Positions 48,338 through 62,818 of a stretch of DNA of 64,000 nucleotides are shown in pieces (position 1 is the first letter of the stretch; every line of letters begins with the position of its first letter). Location: NCBI GenBank assembly GCA_946965045.2, contig OX337228.1, positions 1 through 64,000 on the forward strand, read 5' to 3'. Below the pieces are notes generated by a model that had not been told where the DNA came from, made no database searches, and saw only the letters and a program-made list of their open reading frames with translations. The stretch is from Epithemia pelagica. Its lineage: Eukaryota > Protista > Bacillariophyta. The translations under genes and the position numbers were made by a program.

Positions 48338-49930
48338 AAGCAATAAGAGCCACAACAGGGATTCGAGCAAGCAAGCAAAACAAAAAAGACAAGCAGCAGC
48401 AAGACAATGTCACACAATCAATCACAACAAGACAGTGAGAAGGAGAGGCGAACCAGCTGCTGGTTGGTTCCAACCAGCAGCACGAATCTACAAAATCAAC
48501 ACACACCTGTCTGGTTTCACCACAAGTTGTGATTGCTGTTGCGTCGGGGACGCAGTCCAACCTCGATCTGAGAATAGCAACTATTTCGAGAGGTCCAGCC
48601 CAGAGTGTGTGTCGATAGTCCAGGAGATTCGACCAAGAGAGAGAGAAATGGAACGACTCGAGTACACGAGATGCTCCGAGTGTTTCTTTCTGCAGAGGTG
48701 CGGATGCTTGGCAAACGTTCCTTCCCACTGACGCGCTATGGTTGGTCCGTCGTCGCTGTGTCTACGTTGTTGATGTGATTGTGGAGGATAGTGTTCTGGA
48801 ATGCAACGTTTTCCCCCGTGTTGGTTGCAACCCAAAAAGGCCACCGTTCTTCCTTCCTCTTGTCTTTGGTGGTGACACAAAAAGACGAGCTCGTCGTCGT
48901 CACTCAATCAAAGTACCGATTGTGTGGTCCACTCTATTTGGCCTCCCTCTCCTCTGGTTGGAAACTTTCCAGCCTGGATGAAAAAAGAGGCTTGATAGAC
49001 AACTACAACGACGACAATGGAGATGGTTGCGTCTTGTTCCTCTTGCTGTCGTCTGGATGTTGTTGTTGGATGGAAGCTTTCTCTCTTGTGTATATTTGGC
49101 CGTATTTTTGGTGCATCGGGTCTAAGTATTTCTGGAACCGCCAAGCGCGCCCTCTCTAAGTGAGTTTGGTTTGGTCGTGTCGATTGGCGAGAGGAGGGCG
49201 CGCATCCTCGGACTCCCTCCATCCGCACCAACCACGAACGAGGGGAGCGCGACTCCAAAAAAGAAGCGAGCGTCTACAAATCAGGCGTGCGTGCGATCCG
49301 GACGAGGTTTTGCGCAACAATCTATCCAACAGGCTCTCACAAAATCGTCACACACTCCGACACGACGACACACAGCACGACGAAAAAGTCGAAACTCGAC
49401 TATCATGGTGGTGAGTGAATGGTTGCTGTCCTGTGGAGACTCCTTTCCGCGTCCGTGCCGTTGCTTTGCGAATTCTATTCGACACGTACGGACTGGGGCT
49501 GTACGGTTCCTTGGTGATCCGTGTTGTTGTACTAATAATATAGGTGGTTATATTCTTTGGTGCTTGGTTCGTTCGTGTCTTGTGTATGTGTGGTTCTCTT
49601 CGTTTGGCTGGATATATATTCTTGGGGGATTCTTTGGTGTTGGGTGCATCAGGACAGTGTCGTCTCTGCAAGAAAGGCATCATGGCATGGGGATCTTGTG
49701 GTTGTGGTTGTGATTGTGGATGATTTGGACCGTGTGTGGGGTGGCATGGCTTCTGTTAGTCGTGGTGGTGGTAGTGAATGTATGTATAGGCATGTAGAAT
49801 ACTGGGTTCTTCCGGGTACGGTGTTCTTCTTCTTCTTCTTCTTCTCGTGGTGCTGGTATCCGGTGCTTTCTTGGAGAGACTGTACGGGTGCTCATCATCG
49901 TCTTGTCGTTCTTCTTCATTGTCTTGTCAG

Positions 49931-50718
49931 TTAGGTCGACACGCGTGCATTGATGCGTTCGTCAAAGGCTCGTCCGGGAGGATTGACGGTAAAGTACTTG
50001 TCATATTGTTTAAAGAGCTTCTTGTCATTGGCCGTCAATCCGGGAATCTTGTAAATGTCACTCACCACCTCGTAGGGGCCATTGGACGCAATCTTGCCGG
50101 CCGCATGGGGGAACATGCCCCGAAAATACTTGTAGTCGCCCTGTATATGTCAGAGAAATGTGTGCAAGTGTGTGTGGAACCAAACACACGACCAACCATG
50201 CGACACGATTGTGGTGTGGTTCGCATTCCACCCCAACCAAAAAGAGCGGGAGAGAGAAAGAGAACGAGACCACACACCAGGAAACACCAGCAGAGACCCA
50301 GCAACCGACCAACAAAGACGCAACCAAAAAGAGTGTGTGTGTGTGAGAAACAATCTCTCTGGATCGATACACGGGACGACAACGGCAACGACACGAGCCG
50401 ACAATGACTCTTCGACTCCTCGCTAGAGACACGTACCACAAAGGCGGAATTGAGATCAATCTTATCTCCTGTGGGCATTTGCGCCGGTTCTCGGACTGTT
50501 TCAATGGTTTCATCAAAGAAAAAGGTGGATCCCTTGGCGTGTGCCGGTTCCACGACTTGATTCAACAGGAGGCCCAGCGTGGCGACTTGGGCCAAGACGT
50601 GACGACGATCGACCATGTCGAGTTGCGTCGTCGTTGTCGTCGGTTGGGGAACGCGAAGGGGACAAAAGGCATGCGACGTTGTCATCCAAAGGGCAAAGAG
50701 CAAGGCAAAGCGCATCAT
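49931..50718 (-). CDS. psbU: PsbU-like photosystem II extrinsic protein (intron 50141-50436)
   Basis: Signal peptide..HAF, RR lumen-targeting segment ending AHA, KIDLNSAFV|GDYKYFRGMFP..AGKI..GPY..IPGL. Confidence 0.85.
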
Positions 50719-52154
50719 GATGACAAATGTTGTTGTTGTTGTGAGGATGGTCAATTCCAAAAATCTGGTTGGTATCGTGTGGTTGGAGTGTTTGGGTTCC
50801 AGAACCGCAAATGGATTTTTTATGAGACAACAACGACGACAAGGGTTTGGATCACACACACGAGAAGAATCGACCATGATGGGAGGGTTCGATTCGCCTT
50901 TTTTCTCCTTTCATGGCTGGCACTTACCAATCACGACCGATACACACTCAATCGCCTGGTCGTGTCGTTGCTTGGTAAAGACAACAAAAAACGCGAAGCA
51001 AAGCTTGCACCACAAGGCTCTTGATGACACACAATCTGCTGCTTCTTGACAACACACCCAAAACACGGGACGAAGGGAGGTTCCGTCTTTTGTGTTGTCT
51101 GGTGATATGCGACAAGGATTCTTCTTTCCAAAGATACCCTTCCTCAACGAGACATCAACCCTTGCTGTTTCTCGTACGTGTTTTTCTTGACAGTCTCAGA
51201 TTCGCTTCGCAAAAAAGATCCAATGGATGGAAGCGACTGAGAGTCACGCATTCTATTCGCGATCGAGGTGGTCGCTTGAATGTACTATAGACAGTGGTGT
51301 ACCCTCGGCACGCGTTTCGATCTTAAGTACGCGAGTCACTCGATCACGCATTTTCCTTGGTCTTGTTTGGATGTGTATTGCCTTTGTTCCGTTGGGCTCC
51401 GGGGGACTCCGCCGGCCAAACAATGGGCTGTGGGTACATTCACAATGACACACACGCAAACACAACCCACACAGAGAATGATATCTCTCTACACGACAAA
51501 GAAAGCACACGCTCGATCCGTTGCCCCTTGCTATTGCAAACGGCAAATGGTCCAAATCAAAAAGAATATATGGCATGAAAGAGAGAGAGCAAACCATACA
51601 CAGTTTCTCACATACACGACCGGACACACACACTCCAACAAGAACCACAAGAAAGGACGACATCTTCCTCTCAACGGCAAGACATTGAGTCGCTGCTGCT
51701 CTCTTGTGTTTGTCACTGCAAAAATATATAGTCGTCGCTCGAGCCGCAGCAACACAACACACATCTCCTCTCGTCCTCGGTTGTGGTTTCTTCACAAGCG
51801 ATTGTGTCAAACGACACCCAAAATTGGAACCGGTCGAGGTGAGTGTTTCGAAGGGTTGGTTGTTGTTGATGTTGTTGTTGTCGTTGTTGTTGTCGTGGCG
51901 ACAGATTCGAGGAGGATCGTTGTGTAAGGTCTCTTTCTCTGACGTAATCTGGTTGTGGTCCTCTCTCTCTCTCTCTTGTTTTGTTTCTTGTTTGGATGGT
52001 GTTTGTTGGCAGTGTGCCAGTCGGTCTTGCTTGCTTGTTAGAGTCGGAACCAACACGTTGCACGTTGCGGCCATTCCACGATTGAGCAAGTGGAACAACC
52101 ACATCCACAACAACCACAACCGCAATCCCAAGCACCGCACGGTCCCTTTTCACA

Positions 52155-55100
52155 ATGTCCACCTCGGACCAAAAGGACGACCTTGTTGCTGTTGCAACAA
52201 CAGAAGCAGAAGAAGCAGAGCTAGAGCCAGAACCGGCAATCGAGTCCACGCCCTTGGACGACGAACAAGGCAGAGACGTCCACCATGTTCACAACAACCA
52301 ACACAACGTCGACGACCCAGAGGAGGAGGAAGAACCACCGCATGTATTGGGGAGTTTGATTGTGGAGAATGACGACGACGAGGAGGAGGATGCAGCTCAA
52401 ATGTGGGAACCACGACGGCCCGTACTAGAAATTGAATTTGTACCTGAACTACAACCACAAGCGTCGCATTCGTCGTCATCGTTGCAGCTGCAAAGTAGTA
52501 CCTTGGAGGATAGTCACGACGACAATGACAAGGATGAGGATGATCTTAGTTTGACGGACGATGTGTTGGAAGTGGCCGCACAATCCACCATGGCCGCTTC
52601 GGTTCGACGCCACAAGGATGACGACGACCATGACGACGACGACCATTCCTACGATGCCGACCATGACAATCGACTCACCGATGACAATCCCTGGACCGAT
52701 GACGACGACAATGACAATCCTCCCTTGGACGAACCTACCACGCCCCTTGTTACTAATTTGGCATCCTCCACAGTATCATCATCCTCTCCATTGGGACAAA
52801 CCAATTTGTTCTTGCCCACATTGCCACCACAGCCAGAACGACAGCCACCACAGCAACACACTGCTGCCACGGCAGCAGGAGCCGCACGGCCCAGTTATTC
52901 CTCGGCGGCCTTGTCCGCCTCCCATCGTGCCATGAAATCTTCGTCCTCGCCCAAAACAACACATCATCATCATCATCGTCCACATGCCTTGAAACGAGGC
53001 AGTTCGTCGGCCGAACCTCGCAATACCAATGTGCGACGACGACAACAATTTATGAAACACTTGAATCGACCCTTACGGGCCACGGCCAATGTCGTCAATT
53101 GGCCCGCCTTGCAACCCCAAGGATCGGCGGACGACGACCATGACCAGGAAACTGAAAATGACGGAACCTATCCAACCACCCCCACGCAGGTGCGATCGTC
53201 GTCGACTCAACAAGCCACCAAACTGGAATTTCCCGAGGAGAACAAAGAAGAAGAAGGAGAGGAAGAAGAAGAACAACATTACGACGAAGAAAATCCTCCT
53301 GCCGCCATACAACAAGGAGAGGACCCAGAGACTCTGGACCACCCGCAAAAGGATGACAATGACGACCCAAAGAACAAGGATGTGGAAGCTCAACCCACGC
53401 ATAGCAGTACTACGATTTTGCGCAACAACCACCGTCATGCATCCTTCACCAGCGATGGACCGTCCTCATCACCGGTCCAACACAGTCGTCAAGACAAGGA
53501 CAAGGACAACGACGACATGGCTGTTAAGGAGGATAGTGTCCGATTGCCGCAATTGCGACAACGCGTGACGCAATACAATTTGACCAAACGTGATCGTCAT
53601 CGTCATCATCAACGTCGGAATTCCTCGTGTGGATTGGGATGGTGTGGGTTTGGTCGATCCTCGTCGTCCTCGCAAGGGCGGCGTCCTCGTCGACCCGGTA
53701 CCATTCGCAAGAAAATGTCATCCTTATCGTCACTCTCGCACAGTCCGACGGATTTGCATTATGGCGGAGGTGCTTGTTCGTGGTTGGGCATTACCTTGCA
53801 TTCCTGGGTCGTTCATTATTTGCATTGGTCCTTTCGGTCCAGTTTTGCCGCCGTCTTTTTGAGTGCCGCCGTTGGATTCTTGGTCTTGACGTTATTGTTT
53901 GCCGCCGTCTTGTACGGATTGGGACATCATCATCCCAAGTGTTTGGGTGGCGTGGACTTTTATGAAGCCGATTACTTTACCGATGCCTTTGTGTTGAGTT
54001 GGACCACCTTTAGTACGGTACGTTCACACACACACACATGACACAAGACACACTGTGGCCATTTGGCAGGAGGTGGTTGTCATGGTTGTGTTGTATCCAT
54101 GAGTCAGGTGTTTTTCTCACACTATCGTTGTACACACATATGTTTGCTGCTGTTGGATTGTTGGTATCTCTATTACTAATAGGTGGGATATGGGTTGATT
54201 TACAGTGGGATTAGTGCCGATGAACCCGATATTCGCAAATGTACAGGCATGACCATTGTCGTGACCTTGGAGGCCTTTGTTGGTGTCTTGTATGCCGCCT
54301 TTTGCGGTGCCGTCGTCTTTGCCAAGGTTACACGAACCCAATCCGTGGCCCAAGTAGCCTTTAGTACACCCATTGTCATTCGATATGGATCGGGAGTGTC
54401 GATTGAAACCACCAATCAAAATAATCAAAACCCCAGTTCGGGATCGACCAGTGGCAGTAGTCGACGCTTTCTCGGCAATTCCCTCTCCAGTACGGCGGTT
54501 GTGCCACCCTCGTCGTCCAACAATCTTGGTGCTGGCGGCAAGGAAGAAACGGTGGACGATACACGGGCGCAACAACAACAAGTGGGTGGTCGAACTCGCA
54601 CACGACGTGTCAAACAAGTGTCGGATAACAGTGTGACGGATATGCTGTTCTTGCAAGATACACAACGATTGCCGTGTCCGATTTTGGAATTTCGCATTGC
54701 CAATCGATTGTGCAGTGTCGAGGGGGGAGAATTGTTGGATGCGGCCGTGAACATTGTGGCCAGCATTGATGCCTCGCAGGCCTGTCATACCGTCCATGCT
54801 CAACTGCAGCAACAGAAACGACGGAGACGACGGAAAAAGAACCGTGGACACCGATCCAACGATGTCATGTCCGCGAAAGCATGCATGGCCATGCAGCAAG
54901 AGTTGGAAAAGGAACAAGAAAAACAACCCCATTGGATGGATCGAGAAGAGTACTTGTCACATGCCAGTGAGCTCTTGTCCAACTTTAGTTCCTCTCGACC
55001 ACGATCCTCCCAGTACAACGGGAGAGCGAGTCATCATCATGGTAGAATGAGTCATCATGGTGGTAGAGCGAGTCATTACGGTTCGTCTTGGAGAGACAAT

Positions 55101-55823
55101 GGACCCATGTCGTCCCTGTCGTCGTCGTACCAGTATCATCAGGGCATGAGCTCTAGCTTGACAGATTCGCAAGCTTTATCGCCCACGACGCCGACAGGAA
55201 CAGCAGCATCACAGCAAAAGAAGCAAAGTTCGACGCACCAAGCCTTTGAAGAGGACCCGACGGGTCACTTGGTCCCTCGTCGTATTTTTTCCAAACTCGA
55301 AGTGGATACCTTTGAACATCCCTTTTTTGAACATGTCTGGACTGTTCGACACGTTTTGGACGACCGATCGCCACTGTTGCGGACGGCGGCCCGTGAGATG
55401 GTCCAAGCCAATGGAGGCTTTTGGCCTGTGGAACTCAACAGTGCCCAAGGAGTCCGGAGTGCCGTTCATTTTGATCAAATTCTCGTCAGTTTGAGCGGCA
55501 CCTCCAACGCGGATGCCAATGCCGTGTATGCCCAAAACGTCTATGAATGGGTCGACCTGATTGTCGGCTACCGATTTGCCAACATGATGTATCGCATTGG
55601 TCCTTCCAAACAAGGCAAGAAGAAGAAGGATCCAAAGAAGGACGGTGACGCGGCCAATGACAGCAGTAGTGATAGTTCTGACGTGGAGGACGAGGAAGAA
55701 TGGCGGGTTGATCTACGATTGATCAATGATGTCTCGGAACAAGCCGGTGGAGGAGGGGAAGCCTTTAATGGAGCCGTACAAGAAACCTTTGGAGATCATT
55801 TGGCAGATATGCTCATTCTGTAA
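52155..55823 (+). CDS. Inward-rectifier K+ channel-like protein (intron 54018-54182)
   Basis: Splicing gives the pore SWTTFSTVGYG; TM2 LEAFVGVLYAAFCGAVVFAKV; cytoplasmic FSTPIV and PILEFRIAN. Confidence 0.9.
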
Positions 55824-56388
55824 CATATTGTCATGAAACACATACATCTGGCAACAAGTAGCTACGCTAGTTTCTCGTGATTGTAACTCATGAAACCAAC
55901 ACAGAACAAATGATTTGTGTATTCCTTAGCGTTATTTCACTTGCCTACAGAGTAGAACAATATAAACAGCAAAGATGATACAACAACCAATGCAGCAGTG
56001 ATCAAAAAGCTGTGAATAAGTACGGGGTTTCCCGTTGTTGTGGAAAGAAACAGCAATCAAGGTTCTTCACGCAAAGCTTGTAATGAAGGGGAATGGACAG
56101 AAATCAATAATGATACAATCAAAGAGGGACTGCAGTCGTCTTCAGATTAGCAGTATACGGCATTGGTGGACTGCAGCCCCATCAGTCTCGAAAATCTTTA
56201 GAATGGCAACACAAGGTTTCATCATTGGAGTGTCAATGGAAAGGAATATAGCATAGCAGTTGGTATATCGAAGACTGGGATCTTGAGGGAAATTGAGACA
56301 TGGGATACGTATTGAGACATGTAGTAGTATAAAGACAGGAAAGGTGTGAATGTACAAGAGAGGGACGCCGTATCATGAGGCGAAAAAA

Positions 56389-57902
56389 TCATGCGCTTCT
56401 CGTAGAGGAGAGTTCTTGCTCCATGGCCAACGCCAAGAGATCAAGTTTCCCACGATCATGGCGTTGTTCTGCTGAAGGAGGAGCCACTGTCGATGACAAG
56501 GGAGCCTCCTGGAGCACACTTGTGGGCGAACTCGGAGAATTTGAGGACTGGACGGATGAAGATGTCGACGACGATGATGAGGAGGAGGAGGACATGAGCC
56601 TTGGTAGGAGCCTTGTCGATGATGCTATCGTCGTGGAGGTTTGGGGACTTCCAATAATCAAAGGTGGAAGAGTGGGAATGTTGTTCAACTTGTTGTTGTT
56701 CATGGCAGCGGATGTAGGACTCGCGCCATTGCTACTCCATAAACTGGGAGACACGGTATTGGTGCTCATGGTTCCAACGCTCGGGGCCGATTCTCCATCG
56801 TGAGACGAAACGGGCGAAATAGCTCGTGTGGTTGTCGTCGCACGACAGGGAGGAGGTACCACCGATGTCATGGGGGGAGTCATTGTGGCTTGCTGCTGGT
56901 GATGCTTTTGAAGAATCATGCTCGCCAAGGAATGGGCGTCCAAGTCTTTGGTAGCAGCAGCAGCAGCAAAGGGATTGGCAGTTGCAGCCGCAGAGGCCAT
57001 GAGGACCGCTGCGGCAGCGGCTGCCGCGGCCATGGCTTGTTGTGCCGTATGAGCCGCACTCTCTTGAACTGTCAATGGTGTGGGAGGAGAAGTCGTGACA
57101 GGAGGGACTCCCAACAAGCTTGAAGGAGCCGGAGTAGCTGAAGTCGGCTGAGTTCTTCTGGAATGGTGATTGGTCCTGGCTGCTGCAACAGCACTGGGAG
57201 GAATCACAAGAGGAGAAGATGTTGTTGTCGGCAGGGCATGTTGAGGCGAATGTGGGGTATGACTGGTAACGGCCTTGCGGAGTTGAATCAACAGTTCGGG
57301 TGCTCCACGGCGAAACGAGGGGTGGGCATACATGTTGACCTCAGGACCTCGCCGAAGTTTCGCAAAGCCATACTGGAAGAAACAACAATGGTTATAACAG
57401 AGAGAAGACAAGTGTAAGTAACGACAATTTCTAAAGTTTCGCGAGCAGAACAAGACGAGCAATCGTCCACAACAAGACACTTACCAGGTTGAGATTTCGT
57501 TGAAACGAACTAAACTTCTTGGTCCGAAAGTACTTTGGGAGAATGGTATTGGCAAACTCGGTAATGTTGCGAATGTGAAATGCCTTGCCAGACTCCGACC
57601 AAGCAATGACACCCGAACGGTGCTTCGATTCCGCTTGGCTTTCCTTGTCCAACATTTCGTACAAACGTCGAGGAAACTAAAAACGATGGAACAACCAAGA
57701 GAGGTCAGTGCATGATCAATCTTTAGAAAGACAGGATGAATGTTGTGGATGCATTGGCATTCGACAGAACACTTACTTGTTGTGGAACACCTCGTTTGCC
57801 TGTGCGAGGAAAGCTCACAGAAGCCAAAGGGTTGGGAGACACCATGGATGCTGTCTCCGTGGGTTCATTCATCAAGGAGGAAGAATCGTACATGCCCATC
57901 AT
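56389..57902 (-). CDS. HSF: Heat-shock-factor-type transcription factor (introns 57677-57776 and 57373-57484)
   Basis: FPRRLYEML..IAWSESGKAF..LPKYF..FSSFQRNLNL|YGFAK..YAHPSFRRG; C-terminal LDLLALA motif; start codon uncertain. Confidence 0.93.
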
Positions 57903-59231
57903 AGTCTCGAATTGTTGTTGATCTACGTTTTTGGAAGAGGAAGGGAGGTCGCAAGGAGAAGTCAATAATGGCAGAGATAGTCGTTGGTTCTTGTGGACTT
58001 GAGAACCAGACAGAGTATGCTGTGATGTCGTTGTTGTTGATGGTTGAAAGGAATGGATTGTGAGATTGTTTTGTACGTACAAGCACATCCGAAACACCCT
58101 CCATCCATTCGCTCACATTCCAACTCTCTTTTGTGGTAAAAGAGGAAAAAAAGCGTTCGGCTTGATTTCGAAAACGTGTGTGCGATTGATGGAGAGGGTA
58201 CAGAGTTTGGTTCCATTTCAGGTAGTAGTGTGGTTTCAGAAAGTGTCAACAGGAATGTCAAGTCTCGCAGTGTTGTGTTGTTTCGATTTAAAGGTGATAG
58301 TGTCACACACCCCAGAAAGAATCCTTATCCAAAATGCATCAGCTATCAGCTAACGACTCCTTTGCACCGGGTTGATGGTGGATTGGGTTGATGGTGGATG
58401 CCCGAGGAGGAGCAAACTCGCATACGCACGAGCGACACTCGACCACCTTACCTCGTGGAGTGATGTCGGTTGATGTCATACCCTTCCAAATTGATTCCAT
58501 CCACTATGTAGGTCAGAAAGAGTTCGGAAAATGTGTCAAGGATTCGATTGCAGAATTTCGATCGCGGTACCAAAACCGAACTAGGTAGAGCAACGAATGC
58601 CTTCCATGTCGCAAATGATTGGATGCGTTTGGTGAGGTAAACTTACAAGACTCCGAGATGCACATAGTTGCTTCACGAGTCAAATCGAGTTCAGTGAGAA
58701 AGTCTGCGCAAAGGGGAAACTGAGAACAAAGAATCACAGGGTCGGTCGACGGAAAGACGTTCTAAGATCTTATTAGACTCAATCAATGCCAGTCTTTTCG
58801 GAATGATAGGTCCTGGAGGAGGGTGTCAAAGCATGGACCCTGTTGGAATTGCGTCATTCCTACCATCACTCACGTCATTGTTCCTATTCTTCGGTGGCCT
58901 TCTTTGGTTTCGATCCTGCGCATCGGACGCGGAACAATCGCGCGTAATGGACGGAGAAATTGCTATGTGCCCGGCGACAAGGCTATGCGTCGAAGCCTAT
59001 CTACCAGATGGATCTTGCTCTATGCTCATAGACTTCCATGTTTGGAACGGTAATTTGCAAAGTTGTTCATCTTTTGGTTTTATTCTTCCTTCTCCTATTA
59101 CTATGTGATGATTTTCCTATGTTTGTGATGGAAGAGTATGGTATCTCAATGTGATTTTCCTGTTCTCTTGTGTTCTCGTCATGCCTCTTGCGTGTTTTTT
59201 CCGTGTGGTTGGTTCCGATTCTCCCTATTAG

Positions 59232-60554
59232 TTACCCAGCCGCATTGACTTTGAAGAGTTCCACTTCAAATTGCAAGGTGGCTCCGGGTGGAATGACATC
59301 GCCGGATCCGGCTTCGCCATAGGCCAAGTCGGGCGGACAAATCAAGGTGGCCTTGCCCCCTTCTTTCATAAGCTGCAAGCCTTCTTGCCATCCTTTAATG
59401 ACCCCGCCCAGGGGGAAGGAAATGGTCTGTCCCCGATCCACACTGGAATCAAAGACGGTCCCATCCGTCAAGGTGCCATGATAATGGACTTCCACCGTAC
59501 TGTCCACCGCCGGCGACGCACCCGTGCCCTCGCGTGTGGGCAAGTAGACCAAACCGCTAAAATGAACAAGGCGTGTGTAAATATTGGAGTATTGCGTCAT
59601 GGTCATGTACGCATCATCCCCGGTGCAATGGTAGAAACGTCGCCACAACATGTGAATGCCACCAGTGCAAGGATAGGAAGCGCACAGCACACGAGAAAAA
59701 GTCGATAGTGGAAAGAAGGAGAAAAAAGACACATCATGATGCATGCATTCATGGATTCCCCAGCCACAGGAATCGAAAAAATGGTCCAACCGACAACAAT
59801 GGAACACCACAGGGTCGTCGTCGTCGTCATTGCCGGAGTGAACCGTCCGTTTGTCCGCGTCCGAGGCACCATATTCCACAGGATCATACCAGAAACACAA
59901 TGAAATCAAAACAAAATCATCTTGTTAGGAATAAAGCATGATAGAGTACACAATTGTCCCATCCCTGTCGTTTCCAGTTTCCGGATCACGACCCAAACAC
60001 ACAAGAATCTCCAAGCACTTGCAACGTCCAAGTAAAAGAACCTACCTAGCGGTTTGTGTGGCTTGCGGATGGGTATTGAGAAACTGCTGCAAAAAGGCTT
60101 GTCCTTCTTGTTGGACGCGTTGCATGAGTTGCGCCGATCGATCTTGCAAAATCTCATTGAGGGCCGGTCCATAGGATTGCAAGACGGCTCGTTCGTTGCG
60201 CGCGGCACCGGTGCCCCGCAAATTGTCACAAAATCCCGCCAAAACCAATTCCAATTCATCGGCATTCAACAAGGTTTTGATATTGCCCTGTCCGCCCACT
60301 TGCATGGCCAAATTGACACCCAAGGCGTAATATGGCATTTTCGAATCGTCGTACGGCATGTCACCGCCTCCTCCATTGGACGTGGACATGGCACGAACCA
60401 ATCGACTTGTTGTTGTTGTTGATGGTGTAGCACGACGGGTCACCACCGAAAAGGCGTGCACCGACAGGGACGACGGCGAACCGAAAGAACGAAACAAGGT
60501 CATGGTGGTGGCAACAACAACAAGGAGCAAACCGGTTGGAGACGTGTGGGTCAT
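59232..60554 (-). CDS. FKBP-type peptidyl-prolyl isomerase (FkpA/Mip-like), organelle-targeted (intron 59557-60045)
   Basis: YALGVN N-domain; spliced SGLVY..VEVHYHGTL.DGTVFDSS..VIKGWQEGL..LAYG..IPPGATLQFEVEL; N-terminal signal plus AF motif. Confidence 0.93.
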
Positions 60555-60939
60555 TGCGACAACTCTTGCAATCGAGTCTGGAATACGAAGGGGGATGCAA
60601 TTACGATTCTAGGATCACTGTAGAAAGCACAAACCAATAATACAGAGACGGTCTCGTCCACTTGTGTTGTTGTTGTTGTTGTTGTTGTTGTGGTTGCTTT
60701 GGATTTGGTTTGGTTGTCATCCACGATGGCACACGCAGCCGGCAGACAGGATCGGCGGTCAAAAGATTTGGGCAAATCTTTCAACCGTAGGACAGACAGA
60801 CGTGGATAAGGTGCGGATAGTGGGGGTTTCTGTCCGTGCGTCGTACGTTTCGCATCGCGACGCATACAATAATATACGCTTTTCCCTACGACTCATTCAT
60901 TCAGGACTGATTCACACGCCAGCAACGCGCGCGCGGGGA

Positions 60940-61110
60940 GAATCGACGACGAGACGACCATGGCGTTGTGGTTCCTCCTTCCAACAACACAAGTCGAACC
61001 ATTCCACAAGACCTTCCAAATTCGAAACCATCCCAAAACGAAAAGAACGAAACAAATCCGATGGATCGAAACAATGAGAACAGCAAATCGCAACCAGAAA
61101 GCAGTTCCAA
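60940..61110 (+). repeat. Diverged local duplicate of about 61200-61370
   Basis: Shared GAATCGACGACGAGA..GACCATGGCG.TGTGGTTCCTCCTTCCAA..AATCCGATGGATCGAA.CAATGAGAACAG. Confidence 0.8.
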
Positions 61111-61121
61111 CTCGGCCAACG

Positions 61122-62818
61122 TGATGACATCCACTCCCCCACAAAACCCGTGAGTTTGACGTACGGGCGGTCAGACCTAGAAGACACCAAATCGGCGACG
61201 AATCGACGACGAGATACGAGATGACCATGGCGGTGTGGTTCCTCCTTCCAAAAACAACAACATGACACACAAGAGTCGAACCGAAATCATTCCAGAACGC
61301 AACAAGAAACGAAAGGAATCCGATGGATCGAAGCAATGAGAACAGTAAGTCGCTACACTTTCCAACTCCGCAAACCATTCTTCCTTCTCTTCTCTCACCG
61401 TGGGGATGTGCTCAGCTCCATTTCCATAAGACGAGCAAGGCTTGCAGGGACTGGAACCAACCAAATCGGAACACGCATTATTTTTGACTGGTGAAGAGAA
61501 ACTCATGATGGAAGGAGCAAATCTCCCACGAAATGGTAGATGACGTCGACATGCATGATGCATGATTCAGATGCCTAGCATGCAGTACCGGCACTGGAAT
61601 TGAAGCGCATCACGGGTGGCGTTACAGGGGGTCTGACACAATCTACCACAACTCCCCAATAGACCCATGGAGATACTACGATTGACTCTTTCCCCAAACA
61701 ACGTCCTCGGTGGCTCCTGACGTATCGTTGGCCGTCGCCTTTTGCATGTTTGTTCCGTTGTCACTCTTGTGGCCCTTTTGGATGGAGCTAGTTCAGTACA
61801 GCCCCGTTTTCTCACCATCTTCATGGGTGGCCTTGGTTCATTGTCATCCACCGCTGAGTACAGCGACAATGCATGCATTATGATGGGGAACGGTCACTAC
61901 GTTTTGCTAAGCACGGCATGCTCTCACGCAAGTTTTGGTGGGTGCCACATTACGATGTGGGTGTGCTTGCCTCATGCTCGTGTGGCTGTTTTGTTGCCAC
62001 TTTGGTTTGGCTTGCATCATGTCGTTTGGTGGATGCGCCATGCTCGACAATCCTTTCGTGGACGCTTGTTCTTTGTAGAACGACGGGTCCATGCGACGTC
62101 ACTGCCGACTGCCGGTGGTGTCACCGACTCCCACAATGCGGACATGACGTACTTTTAAGCGTTGGCCAACACGGCCTTGGATTTGCTCAGTCCATCCTTG
62201 CGCCGAGCGCCTTTTCTACGAGTTTTGTCGGCGATCGTCATGGTCCATACACATGGTCCAAACTATGGTCTTGTTTCTTTGCAGATGGGCCGTGTTGGGT
62301 GCATTGGCAACCTTTGCCACGAAAAATTCATCCCTATGGTCGTCGTGGCTATGCTTTTTGTCGGCTCTTGTGGGAGGCAAGTGAGCGACAGGGACAGTCA
62401 CGAGACTATGAACGCTCGTAGCCAGTGGTGGCTTCTTTCACTGCGCTCTGCGTACAGACCCAGATAGTGAACCACCCAATCGAAGCAACGGGGCAGATGG
62501 TTTGCTGGAAAGCAATCCTTCCTCATCGAATCTCACAGGCAGCAATGTTGACATCATGGCCACCCCATTTCTCTGTGCGCTCATCGCCAGGAACCAATTC
62601 GTCTAGCAATGCCAATGACATGATTCGGCAACAAGGGCCAAGGTCCTCATCATGTCAGGTCTATTGCGACTTGATTGGCGGTGTAGCTCAGCTGTTATGG
62701 AATCAGCTGCGAAAAATGGATGCCACCAAAGCTCTTTCACAGTCGCTGTAGCAAGCATGGCAGTGAAAACAAGAATACCGACTGCAACAACAAGGACAGA
62801 AGAGGTCTCGAGATTCTC
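61122..62818 (-). repeat. Dispersed repeat copy B (inverted copy of 25795-27702, with internal deletions)
   Basis: Reverse-complement match; lacks roughly 170-bp and 80-bp segments present in copy A. Confidence 0.92.
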
